The position numbers and the translations under genes were made by a program. A stretch of DNA of 64,000 nt from an uncultured Desulfospira sp. (GTDB lineage: Bacteria > Desulfobacterota > Desulfobacteria > Desulfobacterales > Desulfobacteraceae). Positions 18,686 through 28,853 of this stretch are shown in pieces. Below the pieces are notes generated by a model. That model was not told the origin of the DNA and searched no databases. It saw nothing but the letters and a program-made list of their open reading frames with translations. Each line of letters opens with the position of its first letter. Position 1 is the stretch's first letter. The stretch covers positions 1 through 64,000 of the forward strand of contig OY760175.1 of NCBI GenBank assembly GCA_963663165.1, read 5' to 3'.

Positions 18686-19114
18686 TTATACAGGGTCGGC
18701 TTTTTCCCAGACCAACACTGCCGTGTTAAAATCAGTAGTGATGGTGACTTTATTGCCTTGAATTTTAAAGTAACGCGCCTGTTTCTGTCCAAGCCATGTT
18801 GGATTCATGCTGACGGCCATCTGATGGATCAGGGTCATTTCTTTTTCGTTAACTTCAAACTTTCCGGCATAGGCCATATACCCTTCAGCCGCAGCCGCCA
18901 TTTCGTCCCGGGTTCCATGGTGGAGGTCTCCGCTGCTGTAAGCAGGCCGTTTTGAAGCCATCAGCTGGGCTGACACATGCCCGTCTGGCGCGTAGATCAA
19001 AAAGCCGGTACAGTCCTCCCCCATGGGATAAAATTCTTTCCCGTTTTCATCTTTTAATGTGTACTTCACAAGTTTCCAGGTTCCAATGAGCTGTTCTCGT
19101 AATGATTTAGCCAT
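18686..19114 (-). CDS. Lipocalin-like domain protein
   Basis: LIGTWKLV, GFLIYAPDGHVSAQL and YMAYAGKF motifs. Confidence 0.85.
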   Translation of the reverse strand: MAKSLREQLIGTWKLVKYTLKDENGKEFYPMGEDCTGFLIYAPDGHVSAQLMASKRPAYSSGDLHHGTRDEMAAAAEGYMAYAGKFEVNEKEMTLIHQMAVSMNPTWLGQKQARYFKIQGNKVTITTDFNTAVLVWEKADPV

Positions 19115-19153
19115 TTTTTGCCTTTCTTGCTTCGTGTATTTTAATGTCAGTGC

Positions 19154-19252
19154 TTTATAACGGCCACGGGCCGCCTTGGTTATCCAACCAAGAACCGCCC
19201 ACAACGAATAATGAAAGTCTTATCAGGATGTTAATGAGACTTTCATATAAAA
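19154..19252 (+). repeat. Structured ~100-bp repeat, family A, copy 1
   Basis: Near-identical to 30284-30383; hairpins CTTGGTT/AACCAAG and ATGAAAGTCT/AGACTTTCAT. Confidence 0.85.
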
Positions 19253-19351
19253 TATTTACACCGTAAAGGACAAATCAATCGTATCCTGGGCAGCAGGCCA
19301 GGATGCAACGGTCTCGATCATCACATTTTGCCCCATCTATGTCCGCTTCCC

Positions 19352-20434
19352 TCAGGAATGTTCAAGAACGGCCGTGGCCGCCCGTGCGGCACTGACCAGG
19401 GCCCCTTCAAGATATCCGCCGAACTGGCCGGCGGTTTCGGTTCCGGCAAAGTGCAGGCGGTTGTTCCAGATACTGGTTTGGTTGCCCGGGGGGTAAAATT
19501 CCGGGTGGTTGTGGCAGGATCTCAGGTCATATTCCGTGGCCGTGAAATCCTCTTTTGCCCAGTCCCTGTAAAACAGGGCTAAGGGCTGTCCGGCCTCCGG
19601 GCCGAAAAGCCGTTCGAGCTGGGAGACAATGGCCGGGGACATGGTTTTTTCATCTTTCCGGTGCAGGGCGGGGATGCCGGCAAACCCGGTAAGCCCGTAA
19701 ACCGTTCCCCTTGGGCCGGACCCGTCATGAATCTCCCCTAAAGGTCCCCGCTGGCTGAACCCCTGCCCGGATAGCCCCATACCCCGCCAGGGGGCTTTGG
19801 CATACACGGCAAAGAATTTGGCATGGCCGGCCATCCAGGTGCTGGCCCTGAGCATGGCCTGGGTCAGGTCATAAGACAGGTCCGGTGTAAACAGAATGGA
19901 TCTGGCCGCAAGCCTTGGCGGCAACGCCAGGATCACGTGGGAGGCCTCGATCTCATACTGGGGGGGCTGGTCCAGGTGCCCCACCGTGACCCGGCATCCA
20001 TTGTCCTGCCGGGCAATCTCGCAGACCGGGTGATTCAGGCGGACCACGGTTTTGGCAATTTTCGCATAAAGTCCGCTGACAAGGGCCATCATGCCGCCTT
20101 CAAGCCGGTACCCCGGCGGCTCCATGGGGCAGCCGGACACGGGCTGGGTCTGGCCGTCCTTGGTTTCGAACAGGGCAAATCCCTGTTCGAACTGGGGATA
20201 GGATTTTAGCTGAAGGCTGTCTGCCAGGGAACAGACATTGGGATTGATCATGGGCCAGTACCATGACGGGCCAAGATCGGTAAAAAAACCCTGGAACTCA
20301 GTACTCATGATCCGGCCCCCGATGCGGGACCGGGCTTCGAGGACAACAATAGATTTTTGACGGGCAGAAAGCTTGACAGCCGCTGATAAGCCGCTCAGGC
20401 CTGCCCCGATAATAAGGGTATCAACTTTTTCCAT
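19352..20434 (-). CDS. Flavin monoamine oxidase family oxidoreductase
   Basis: IIGAGLSGL, LEARSRIGGR and FAGTETA...GGYLEGAL motifs. Confidence 0.9.
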   Translation of the reverse strand: MEKVDTLIIGAGLSGLSAAVKLSARQKSIVVLEARSRIGGRIMSTEFQGFFTDLGPSWYWPMINPNVCSLADSLQLKSYPQFEQGFALFETKDGQTQPVSGCPMEPPGYRLEGGMMALVSGLYAKIAKTVVRLNHPVCEIARQDNGCRVTVGHLDQPPQYEIEASHVILALPPRLAARSILFTPDLSYDLTQAMLRASTWMAGHAKFFAVYAKAPWRGMGLSGQGFSQRGPLGEIHDGSGPRGTVYGLTGFAGIPALHRKDEKTMSPAIVSQLERLFGPEAGQPLALFYRDWAKEDFTATEYDLRSCHNHPEFYPPGNQTSIWNNRLHFAGTETAGQFGGYLEGALVSAARAATAVLEHS

Positions 20435-20545
20435 GATCAGATTTCATATGCACTTTCATGGTCAACGGTTCATATGAAACGCCTTATATCACAAATGACA
20501 TGAAAATTCTTTGGGAATAATGCAGCCGGTCAGGATCGGCGCATT

Positions 20546-22801
20546 TTAAGACCGCCCCTGGCCCAACCCCTGGACAAATTTGGAAAATTCATTGGTGGCC
20601 ATGGGTTTGGCATATAAAAATCCCTGGCACATGGTGCTGTGTTCGGATTCAAGGAACTGATGCTGGTCTTCGTTTTCAACTCCTTCGGCAATGACCTCAA
20701 GGCCCAAGGTCTCCCCAAGCTTGAGGATGGCCCGGGCAATGGCTGCGTCATTGCAGCCGGTACTCAGGTTCTGGAGAAAGGAACGGTCCAGCTTGAGTTT
20801 GGTGACCGGCAGATGCTTGAGATAGGCCAGGGATGAATATCCTGTGCCAAAATCGTCTATGGCCAGGCCAAACCCCATGGCCCGCAGTTCATTGAGCTGG
20901 GCAATGGCCCCCCGGCTGTCTTCCATGATAAAGCTTTCGGTCAGCTCCAGGGTGATTCGTTGTGCCGGGCATCCGGTCACACCGAGAATTCGTTTGGCTG
21001 CCTTGACAAAATCACCCTGGACAATCTGCTTGCCCGAAACATTGACGGAAATGAATTTTAAATGGAGGCCCGAATCAATCCATTCTTTCATCTGGCGGCA
21101 GGCCGTAAAAAGAACCCATTCTCCCAGGGTATGGATCAGATCGTTTTCTTCGGCTATGGGAATGAATTTTTCAGGGGGGACATACCCCTTTTCCTGATGC
21201 TGCCACCGGATCAGGGCCTCGGCACCGATACACTCCCTGGTTGCGGAATTCACCACAGGCTGATAATGCAGTTCCAGCCCCTCTTTTTCAAGGTATTGGC
21301 GAAGTTCGGTTTGCAGGGCCATTCGTTCCTGGACCAGGTTGGACATTTCCTCTTTGTAAAAATGAAACTGGTTCCGGCCGGAATCTTTGGAGCGGTACAA
21401 GGCCATGTCGGCATTTCTGACCAGGGTATCGATATCGGTGCCGTCGTTGGGGTAAAGGGAGATCCCGATGCTTGCGGATAAAAACAGCTCCACTTCACCC
21501 AGAACCACCGGTTCCGCCAGAATCCCGATGATTTTTTCAGCTGCTGTTTTAACAGCATAGACATTTTTTATATTTTCGGCCAGGAGCATGAATTCGTCTC
21601 CGCCCAGCCGTGCAAGGGTATCGCTTTTCCGGACAGTGGCCTGTAATCTTTTGGCCACCTCGCACAACAGCTCGTCTCCAACCGGATGGCCGTAGGTGTC
21701 ATTGATATGCTTAAAATTGTCCAGGTCAATAAACAGTACGGCCAGCATGGTCTTCTGACGCTCGGCAAGCCTTAAGGCATGGGCCAGCCGCTCCTTGAGC
21801 ATGGCCCGGTTGGGAAGCCCGGTCAGGATGTCATAGTGGGCCAGGTAGTTGATCTGGTCCTGGGATTTTTTCTGGTCGGTCAGGTCATACAGGATAGCGA
21901 TATACCGGGTGACTTCGCCCTTTTCATTGTACAGGCAGTCCAGGCTGTACCAGATGGGGATGATCCGTCCGTTTTTATGGCGTTCCAGGACCTCCCCCTG
22001 CCAGCTGCCGCTTTGATCGACGGTCTGCCAGATCTCTGCATAAAATTTCGGGTCATGGCTGCCGGATTTGAGAATGGTCCGGCCCCTGCCGGATATTTCC
22101 TGCTGTGAATATCCCAAAATTTCTTCAAAGGCATGGTTGGCCTTGATGATGGTCCTATCCGGGGACAAGATAAGAATCCCGTCCTGGGTATTGGAAAATA
22201 CACTGGCCGCCATTCGCAGGTCTTCTTCATTGTCGATCCACTGGCTGTCCGGGACAACAACTTGTCCGGTTTCGGGTTCAATTCCGATCCCGGCGTATGC
22301 GGCAACGGTCTGAAGTTCGCCATCCCGTTCATTGAGGTCTGATTTGGGATTGTCCAGGGACCGGTCCTCGGTAACAGACCCGGTTATGGACATGACCTTG
22401 CCCTGCTGGTCCCGGACGGCATGCCCCTTTGCCAGCACCCACGCATACTCCCCGGATTCTTTTTTTATCCGGCATTTTATCGTACAGGGGGCCGTGTCCA
22501 TGAGGCAGGCATGCCATAATGCCTTAAGGTTTTTCCGGTCATCGGGATGAAAGCAGTCGAGACTGTCTTTGAGCATGGCCTCAATTTGCTGATTCTTATA
22601 ACCGAGAACGGTTTTGAACCGGGGGACCAGAACCGTGCCATCAACGGCGAAATCCCACCGGATTAATGGGAATCCTGGCGATTCTTCCCGGCCGGGAAGG
22701 GCGGCTGATGTTTCTATTGTTTTGGCGGTTTTCTGTGACGCTTTGTCCAAAAGGCCCTTGTCGTTTGTTCCATTATTTTTCAGTGCCATTCCCATAACCA
22801 A
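20546..22801 (-). CDS. PAS-PAS-GGDEF-EAL c-di-GMP signalling protein
   Basis: HPDD PAS, RLGGDEF, EALIRW, DDFGTGYSSL and AEGVE motifs. Confidence 0.95.
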   Translation of the reverse strand: MVMGMALKNNGTNDKGLLDKASQKTAKTIETSAALPGREESPGFPLIRWDFAVDGTVLVPRFKTVLGYKNQQIEAMLKDSLDCFHPDDRKNLKALWHACLMDTAPCTIKCRIKKESGEYAWVLAKGHAVRDQQGKVMSITGSVTEDRSLDNPKSDLNERDGELQTVAAYAGIGIEPETGQVVVPDSQWIDNEEDLRMAASVFSNTQDGILILSPDRTIIKANHAFEEILGYSQQEISGRGRTILKSGSHDPKFYAEIWQTVDQSGSWQGEVLERHKNGRIIPIWYSLDCLYNEKGEVTRYIAILYDLTDQKKSQDQINYLAHYDILTGLPNRAMLKERLAHALRLAERQKTMLAVLFIDLDNFKHINDTYGHPVGDELLCEVAKRLQATVRKSDTLARLGGDEFMLLAENIKNVYAVKTAAEKIIGILAEPVVLGEVELFLSASIGISLYPNDGTDIDTLVRNADMALYRSKDSGRNQFHFYKEEMSNLVQERMALQTELRQYLEKEGLELHYQPVVNSATRECIGAEALIRWQHQEKGYVPPEKFIPIAEENDLIHTLGEWVLFTACRQMKEWIDSGLHLKFISVNVSGKQIVQGDFVKAAKRILGVTGCPAQRITLELTESFIMEDSRGAIAQLNELRAMGFGLAIDDFGTGYSSLAYLKHLPVTKLKLDRSFLQNLSTGCNDAAIARAILKLGETLGLEVIAEGVENEDQHQFLESEHSTMCQGFLYAKPMATNEFSKFVQGLGQGRS

Positions 22802-23143
22802 TAGTTAAGAAATTATCATAGGGCGACGATCAAGGCAGTAAGGAAAATCGGTTTAATAGAAAAATTTAATCTGTTCGTCTGTCGCCAGTTTTGTTTAATT
22901 TAACCGATGAAATTAACAGGGGGTAATCTCATCGGCGAAAATGGATAAACGGTGATGATGAATGCTCTATTAGAAATTAAAAATCGCGGTTTTGTCAACC
23001 AAAATATATAAAATTTAACGAGGAATGGAAACGGAAGGCTGGAAAACGGATAGAGTAAACTTTAAAAATTTGCAAGATCCGGTCTCCCTGCTTCCGGTCT
23101 CCGTTTTTTTGGTCTCCCTCTTTTTGGCCTCCTTTTTTGAAAA

Positions 23144-23551
23144 TTACGGGTACAAAATAAACTGGGTACACCGGAAAAGGGCAATGGTTTTGCCGGTGTC
23201 CTTATGAATCACTTTGGCGTCCCAGATCTGGGTCTGCCGGCCCATGTGGACCCCTGTGGCCGTACAGGTAACAACCCCTTCCCGGGCCGTGCCAAGGAAG
23301 TTGGATTTTAATTCAATGGTGGTGAATCCGGCGGCGTTTTCCGGCAGGTTGGCCGTGGCCCCGTATCCGGCACAGGTGTCAGCCAGGGTTACAACGCTTC
23401 CGGCATGCAAAAATCCATTGGGCGCGATCAGCTGTTTGGCTACGGTCAGTTCGGCGGTCACCTGTGCATCCTCAACCTTGGTGACCCGAATGCCCAGGTG
23501 TCCGGGCAGATAGGGTCTTCCTTTTTCGTTAAACAGATCCGGTGAAATCAT
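23144..23551 (-). CDS. PaaI-family thioesterase
   Basis: PNGFLHAGSVVTLADT and TTIELKSNFL motifs. Confidence 0.9.
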   Translation of the reverse strand: MISPDLFNEKGRPYLPGHLGIRVTKVEDAQVTAELTVAKQLIAPNGFLHAGSVVTLADTCAGYGATANLPENAAGFTTIELKSNFLGTAREGVVTCTATGVHMGRQTQIWDAKVIHKDTGKTIALFRCTQFILYP

Positions 23552-24543
23552 TTGTCTTCCTTTGTTTCTGAACTGAGCATGGCAGAAAGCCTGCCTTGGA
23601 TAATGTCCCGGGCCTGAGCCATGATCCGGTCAATGAGCTGCCGGCAGGTGGGAATATCATGGATCAGACCCGCCACCATGCCGCAGGACCAGACGCCGGT
23701 GTCCACCAGGCCTTCGGTCATTACCCGGGGGTAGACCCCGGCCACTTCTTCGATCACGTCTTCAAATTTGATATTCTTTCCCAGCCGGGCCTCTTTTTCG
23801 AGCAGTTTTTCCACGGCCTTGTTGTTCAACACCCGCTCGGTGTTGCCTAAAGGACGCAGGACCAGCCGGGTATCGGTTTCGCTGGCGGCCAGGATGGCCT
23901 GTTTGACATTGTCGTGGACCGGGGCCTCTTTGGTGGCCAGAAAGCGGGTCCCCATATTGATGCCCTCGGCCCCGAGGGCCAGGGAGGCCACAAGGCTTCG
24001 GGCGTCGGCCATCCCCCCTGAGGCCACAAAGGGGATGCTAAGTTCCTCAGCCGCCCGTGGCAGCAAAATCATGTTGGGGACATCGTCTTCCCCGGGGTGG
24101 CCGCCGCATTCAAATCCATCCACGGAAACTGCGTCACACCCGATTTTCTGTGCTTTCAGGGCATGGCGGACAGCGGTACACTTGTGAATCACTTTGACCC
24201 CGGCATCCTTGAGGGCCGGCAGAACCGATTCCGGGTTCCGCCCGGCGGTTTCCACCACGGTGACCCCGTTGTCGATAATGGCTTTGACATACCCGGGGTA
24301 ATCCGGGGTGGAGATGGCCGGTAAAAAGGTCAGGTTGACCCCGAAGGGTTTATCCGTCATCTGTTTGCACCGGGCAATCTCGTTGGCCAGGGCTTGAGGG
24401 GTTTTCTGGGTCAGGCCCGTGATGATCCCAAGCCCGCCGGCATTGGAGACCGCTGCGGCGAGTTCCGCAAGCCCCACATAGTGCATGCCGCCCTGGATAA
24501 TGGGGTGTTCAATATTGAAAAGTTCCGTGATTTTCGTTTTCAT
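23548..24543 (-). CDS. Nitronate monooxygenase / FabK-family flavin oxidoreductase
   Basis: PIIQGGM, VSNAGGLG, ECGGHPG and ASGGMAD motifs. Confidence 0.9.
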   Translation of the reverse strand: MKTKITELFNIEHPIIQGGMHYVGLAELAAAVSNAGGLGIITGLTQKTPQALANEIARCKQMTDKPFGVNLTFLPAISTPDYPGYVKAIIDNGVTVVETAGRNPESVLPALKDAGVKVIHKCTAVRHALKAQKIGCDAVSVDGFECGGHPGEDDVPNMILLPRAAEELSIPFVASGGMADARSLVASLALGAEGINMGTRFLATKEAPVHDNVKQAILAASETDTRLVLRPLGNTERVLNNKAVEKLLEKEARLGKNIKFEDVIEEVAGVYPRVMTEGLVDTGVWSCGMVAGLIHDIPTCRQLIDRIMAQARDIIQGRLSAMLSSETKEDK

Positions 24544-24722
24544 GGTGCCTCCTGTTTAACGGCCGGCCCTGGTGGGCTGCACCGGAATGGGTTGATACGG
24601 TCAACTGAATTTTTATGCAAAGACCGGACCTAAAACCCTTTAATACGAAAAAGCCTTGAAAAAAGAAAGGCCGTGGCCGGTAAAAAAACAGGCATTTATG
24701 GACAAACCGGTCTTGATTCATT

Positions 24723-25682
24723 ATGGTTGGGCCCATGAAAATGTTTGATACGTGCTTAATCCGAACCAGTGCATTGAGAACCAGACCCTGGATAGTGGTT
24801 TTATTCATAGCCCTTATGCTGTCCCCCATCCGTCAGGCAGTCCCCGCCGTCGATGCCAGAGAGACCATCACGGTGGCCTACCCGGACCAGGCGGGCATGG
24901 GCCAGCCGTTTCTTGTCCGGCTGACATCATCCCAGGCGTTTGAGACGCTTTCGGTTCACTGGATGGGACGAAAGGTGGTGCCGTCTGTCTCACAATGGAA
25001 CAACCGTTATGTGGCCATTGCCATGCTCGGGACCGATGTCCTTACCATCAAACCGGGACCTCAGCCCCTTGATGTGATGGCGGTCACAGGGGGAAAACAG
25101 ACCCTCCGCCATGGGTCGATACAGATCGTTTCCCGGACCTACCCACGCCAGGAACTTGCCCTGCCGCCCCAAATGGTCACCCCGCCGGCCGCTGAACTGA
25201 AACGGATAAAGGCGGAAAGGATACGGACTCAAAAAGCCAAGGACACCTGGTCAGACCAGCGGCTGTGGCACCTGCCCCTTCACCGGCCGGTAAAGGGAAA
25301 GCTCACCAGTGTTTACGGCCTTAGGCGGGTTTTAAATGGCGCGCCTAAAAATCCCCACCGGGGCATCGATTTCAGGGCATCTGAAGGAACCGCCATAGAG
25401 GCCGTAGCCGACGGCAGGGTCATCCTGGCCGAGGCCCACTATTATGCGGGAAACTCCGTATACATCGACCATGGCAACGGGGTCCTGTCACTTTACTTTC
25501 ATTTAAGCAAATTCGAGGTGGTGGCGGGGGACAGTATAAAAAGGGGGCAGGTTATCGGGCGGGCCGGCAGTACCGGGCGGTCAACCGCGCCCCATCTTCA
25601 TTTGTCTGTCTGTGTACAGGGACAGTTGGTGGATCCTTCGCCCTTGTTCAAGGAGACAACCGACGATCTGCTGTGCCAGTAA
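24723..25682 (+). CDS. M23-family metallopeptidase
   Basis: HRGIDF, DHGNG, HLS and TGRSTAPHLH motifs. Confidence 0.9.
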   Translation: MVGPMKMFDTCLIRTSALRTRPWIVVLFIALMLSPIRQAVPAVDARETITVAYPDQAGMGQPFLVRLTSSQAFETLSVHWMGRKVVPSVSQWNNRYVAIAMLGTDVLTIKPGPQPLDVMAVTGGKQTLRHGSIQIVSRTYPRQELALPPQMVTPPAAELKRIKAERIRTQKAKDTWSDQRLWHLPLHRPVKGKLTSVYGLRRVLNGAPKNPHRGIDFRASEGTAIEAVADGRVILAEAHYYAGNSVYIDHGNGVLSLYFHLSKFEVVAGDSIKRGQVIGRAGSTGRSTAPHLHLSVCVQGQLVDPSPLFKETTDDLLCQ

Positions 25683-25697
25683 GATGAATCTTTTTTT

Positions 25698-25849
25698 GTA
25701 ACTGTTCATCAGTGCCCCATCTTCGCTCATTCAGGCCTTCTCACATAGCAAAAGTATGCTACGAAGTCCTGACTAAACAAATATGAAGCACTGATGAACA
25801 GTTACGGACCCTGGTTTTGCTTAGTTTTCAACATTAGCTGAATAGTTAC
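25698..25849. mobile_element. 152-bp MITE (family B)
   Basis: TIR GTAACTGTTCA/TGAATAGTTAC; flanking 8-bp direct repeat CTTTTTTT; partial copies near 50533-50582 and 56091-56163. Confidence 0.75.
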
Positions 25850-25859
25850 CTTTTTTTTA

Positions 25860-26531
25860 TCACCGCACCGTTAGGCGGGTGTCGATATCCTTCTTGGAAT
25901 GGCACAGGTGGTCTTCAAGGGCATTTTTAAGGCCTTTTTCATCTTTGTTTTTCAGGGCGTCATAAATGGCGATATGCCCCTTTAATGCACCGGTTACGGC
26001 GTCGTTGTCCGTGATACTGTCAATTCTGTATCGGAGCATGAGGCGGCCAAGCTGCCGGCATATGCCGGCCAGGTGCTGGCTTCCGCTGGCCTGCACCAGA
26101 ATGGAATGAAATTCCTGATCAAGGTCCAGGAACAATTCCGGCTCATTGTTATTGAGCGCGGTCTGGGTCATCTTGATATTTTTTTCAAGGGATGTAAGGG
26201 ATTTGGGAGTGGCTTTCTTTGCCGCCCAGGTGCAGGCCAAAAGCTCGTTGGCCTTTCGGATTTCAAAGATTTCTTCCAACTCTTCCATGATGAGTTTTCT
26301 GACCCGGTACCCCACCCGTGGAATGGACTCAATAAAACCGTCCCTTTCCAGCAGGTGAACGGCTTCCCGGACCGGGGTTCTGGATACGCCGAGGGTTTTG
26401 GCAATCTGCGCCTCCACCAGACGGCCGCCCGGTTGGATTTCATTGCTTAAGATTTGATCTCTTAAGTGCTTGTACACCTGTTTTCGCATGGGGGATGGTT
26501 GTTCAATAACGAATTTACCGGCCTTATTCAT
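25860..26531 (-). CDS. GntR/FadR-family regulator
   Basis: LGVSRTPVREA HTH plus FCD domain. Confidence 0.92.
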   Translation of the reverse strand: MNKAGKFVIEQPSPMRKQVYKHLRDQILSNEIQPGGRLVEAQIAKTLGVSRTPVREAVHLLERDGFIESIPRVGYRVRKLIMEELEEIFEIRKANELLACTWAAKKATPKSLTSLEKNIKMTQTALNNNEPELFLDLDQEFHSILVQASGSQHLAGICRQLGRLMLRYRIDSITDNDAVTGALKGHIAIYDALKNKDEKGLKNALEDHLCHSKKDIDTRLTVR

Positions 26532-26560
26532 ATCTTTTTTCCTCTTCGCAGTGACTTTGC

Positions 26561-26658
26561 ATGAAAGTCTCACTAACAAACTGATAATACTTTCATTTCT
26601 CGTTGCGGACCGGATGCCTGGTTGGCTAACCAAAGACGGTCCATGACCGTCATTTAAA
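26561..26658 (-). repeat. Family A repeat, copy 2
   Basis: Reverse-oriented diverged copy just upstream of the gntR RBS. Confidence 0.75.
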
Positions 26659-26889
26659 GCATATCCCCCGGTTTGGGCTGGCAACATCAATGTTGTCTTA
26701 TCTATACAGACAATATCCTTTTTTAGCAAATTTCCTTCCCTGCCGGAACCCCTGCTTTATCCTATGAACCGGAAAGATATTTATCCGGTCCATAGACAGG
26801 GGTGCCCTGGCGTGTAATGCCCGGTTTACCGGCAATGGGGCGGTCGTCCTGGTCAATTTAGGGCAATTAGGGCAAAGTCCTCTCTGTGG

Positions 26890-28803
26890 CTACATTCCCA
26901 GCAGATTCGGCAACAAGAGTGCGATTTGGGGTATGGATATGAGCAGCGCAAGATGAATCACGTCCATGGCCAGAAAGGGCATGATCCCTTTAAATATTTC
27001 GTGCATGGGCACATCCTGGGCCACGCCTTTGATAATGAACACATTGATGCCTACCGGCGGCGTGATCATGCCGATTTCCACAACCCGGACCATGATGATG
27101 CCAAACCAGATGGGGTCAAATCCCATGGCCTGAACAACCGGAAAGAAAATCGGTACGGTGATCAGGACAATGGATAGCGAATCCATCACACACCCTAAAA
27201 GAAGATAAACCACCAGGATCATCAACAAGATGACGTACCGGTTCAAAGGAAGGTTTGATACGGTTTCGGACAGCAGCGTGGGCAGCTGGGTGACCGTTAA
27301 AAAGTATCCTAAAAACATGGCGCCCATGAGGACAATAAAGCTCATGGCCGTGGTTTTAACCGAGTCCTTTAAACTTTCCGACACATTCTTTACAGTTAAT
27401 TTCCGGCGCATAATGATAAATATAAGCGCGCCGAAAGCACCGATGCCGCCGGCTTCGGTGGGGGTGAAAACGCCGATATAAAGTCCGCCGATCACCACGA
27501 TAAAAAGAAAAATAACCCCCCATGTGTTTTTAAGGGAGAGCATGCGTTGGTGCATGTTTGACCTCAGGCCCGGAGGACCCATTGCCGGATTTTTTTTGCA
27601 GATCATATATACCGCGGCCATGTAAAGAAGAATCTGCAGCAGGCCCGGTAAGAATCCCGCCATAAAAAGGGTTGAAATCGGCTGGGTGGTCAAAAATCCA
27701 TAAATAATCAGTACAACGCTGGGGGGAATGAGGATTCCCAAGGTGCCGCCGGCGGCAATACTTCCTGTGGCCAGGGCAGGGCTGTATTGGCGCTGTTTCA
27801 TTTCCGGAAGCGCCACCATCCCCATGGTGGCGGCGGTTGCCAGGCTTGATCCGCTGACGGCGGCAAAGCCGCCGCAGGCGCCGATGGTGGCGATGGCCAG
27901 GCCGCCGGGAAGGTGGCCAAGCCATCGGTAAACCATGGTATAAAGATCCTGACTGATGCCGGACCGGAATGCAATGGCGCCCATCAGAATAAACAAAGGC
28001 ACCACGGTCAGGTCATAGCTGAAGGTGGTGTCAAAGGGCGTGGTCTGCAACAGGGTAAGTCCGGCACTGGTATTGATGACATACATCATTCCGGCGGTCC
28101 CCACGGCAGACATGCAAAAGCCGATGGGAACGCCGATAAACATCAGAACCAGCATGATCACCATGCCGGCAATGCCGACCGTGGTGGCTTCAAACGGGTT
28201 TTCAAATGAAAACCCCAGGATGGTCAAAAAGATAACCGCGCATATGCCGAATCCCAGAAAAACCATGGACCTGCTTTTCCACTGGCCGTCTGCAAACTCA
28301 CGAAGGCTTTCGACCAGGTCCTGAATGACCACCACGCAAAGGAGCATGGCGCCCAGGGCCAGCAGGAGGGCAAAGGGCCACAACGGCATTTTCAGCAAGG
28401 TTGTCGTTACAAAACGCTCTTTTTGGGTCCCCATTTGAACAATGCCCTGATAGGCAATGCCGAAAACCAGGATAAGGGAGATCAAATTGGAAAAAACATC
28501 CAGGGCCTGCCTTACCCTAGGCTTCAGATACATCAGCAGAAGTTCAATACGGACATGTTCTTTTTCCTTGGCCGTATAGGCAACGCCCAGGAACACAACC
28601 AGGACAAGCATCACCGCAGACAATTCCTGGGCGCCTTTGATGGGATGTCCGAAGGCAAAACGGCCGATAACGTCAAATGCTGTTATAAACATCATAACAG
28701 CCAGCATAATACCACCAAGATAGTGCGAGGATAATACGACTCGGTCAAATCCCGCATTAAAGTGTTGTCCAATGGACTTCTGAGATGAAAACATGGGGGG
28801 CAT
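26890..28803 (-). CDS. TRAP transporter fused DctQ-DctM permease
   Basis: HVRIEL DctQ part; VSGSSLAT, GGTLGILIPPS and ITPPVG motifs. Confidence 0.93.
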   Translation of the reverse strand: MPPMFSSQKSIGQHFNAGFDRVVLSSHYLGGIMLAVMMFITAFDVIGRFAFGHPIKGAQELSAVMLVLVVFLGVAYTAKEKEHVRIELLLMYLKPRVRQALDVFSNLISLILVFGIAYQGIVQMGTQKERFVTTTLLKMPLWPFALLLALGAMLLCVVVIQDLVESLREFADGQWKSRSMVFLGFGICAVIFLTILGFSFENPFEATTVGIAGMVIMLVLMFIGVPIGFCMSAVGTAGMMYVINTSAGLTLLQTTPFDTTFSYDLTVVPLFILMGAIAFRSGISQDLYTMVYRWLGHLPGGLAIATIGACGGFAAVSGSSLATAATMGMVALPEMKQRQYSPALATGSIAAGGTLGILIPPSVVLIIYGFLTTQPISTLFMAGFLPGLLQILLYMAAVYMICKKNPAMGPPGLRSNMHQRMLSLKNTWGVIFLFIVVIGGLYIGVFTPTEAGGIGAFGALIFIIMRRKLTVKNVSESLKDSVKTTAMSFIVLMGAMFLGYFLTVTQLPTLLSETVSNLPLNRYVILLMILVVYLLLGCVMDSLSIVLITVPIFFPVVQAMGFDPIWFGIIMVRVVEIGMITPPVGINVFIIKGVAQDVPMHEIFKGIMPFLAMDVIHLALLISIPQIALLLPNLLGM

Positions 28804-28853
28804 CCTAAATCAAGGGGGTTATCATTAACAATTATGAAAGAGCCATGGCGCTT

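Noticed and set aside
23078..23135. CCGGTCTCC-type short repeats (also 44524-44572)
   Set aside because: Low-complexity degenerate repeats in intergenic gaps, with no evidence of function.
26532..26729. N-terminal extension of GntR (also the lipocalin extension 19115-19204)
   Set aside because: These run through family A repeats; downstream starts have better RBSs.
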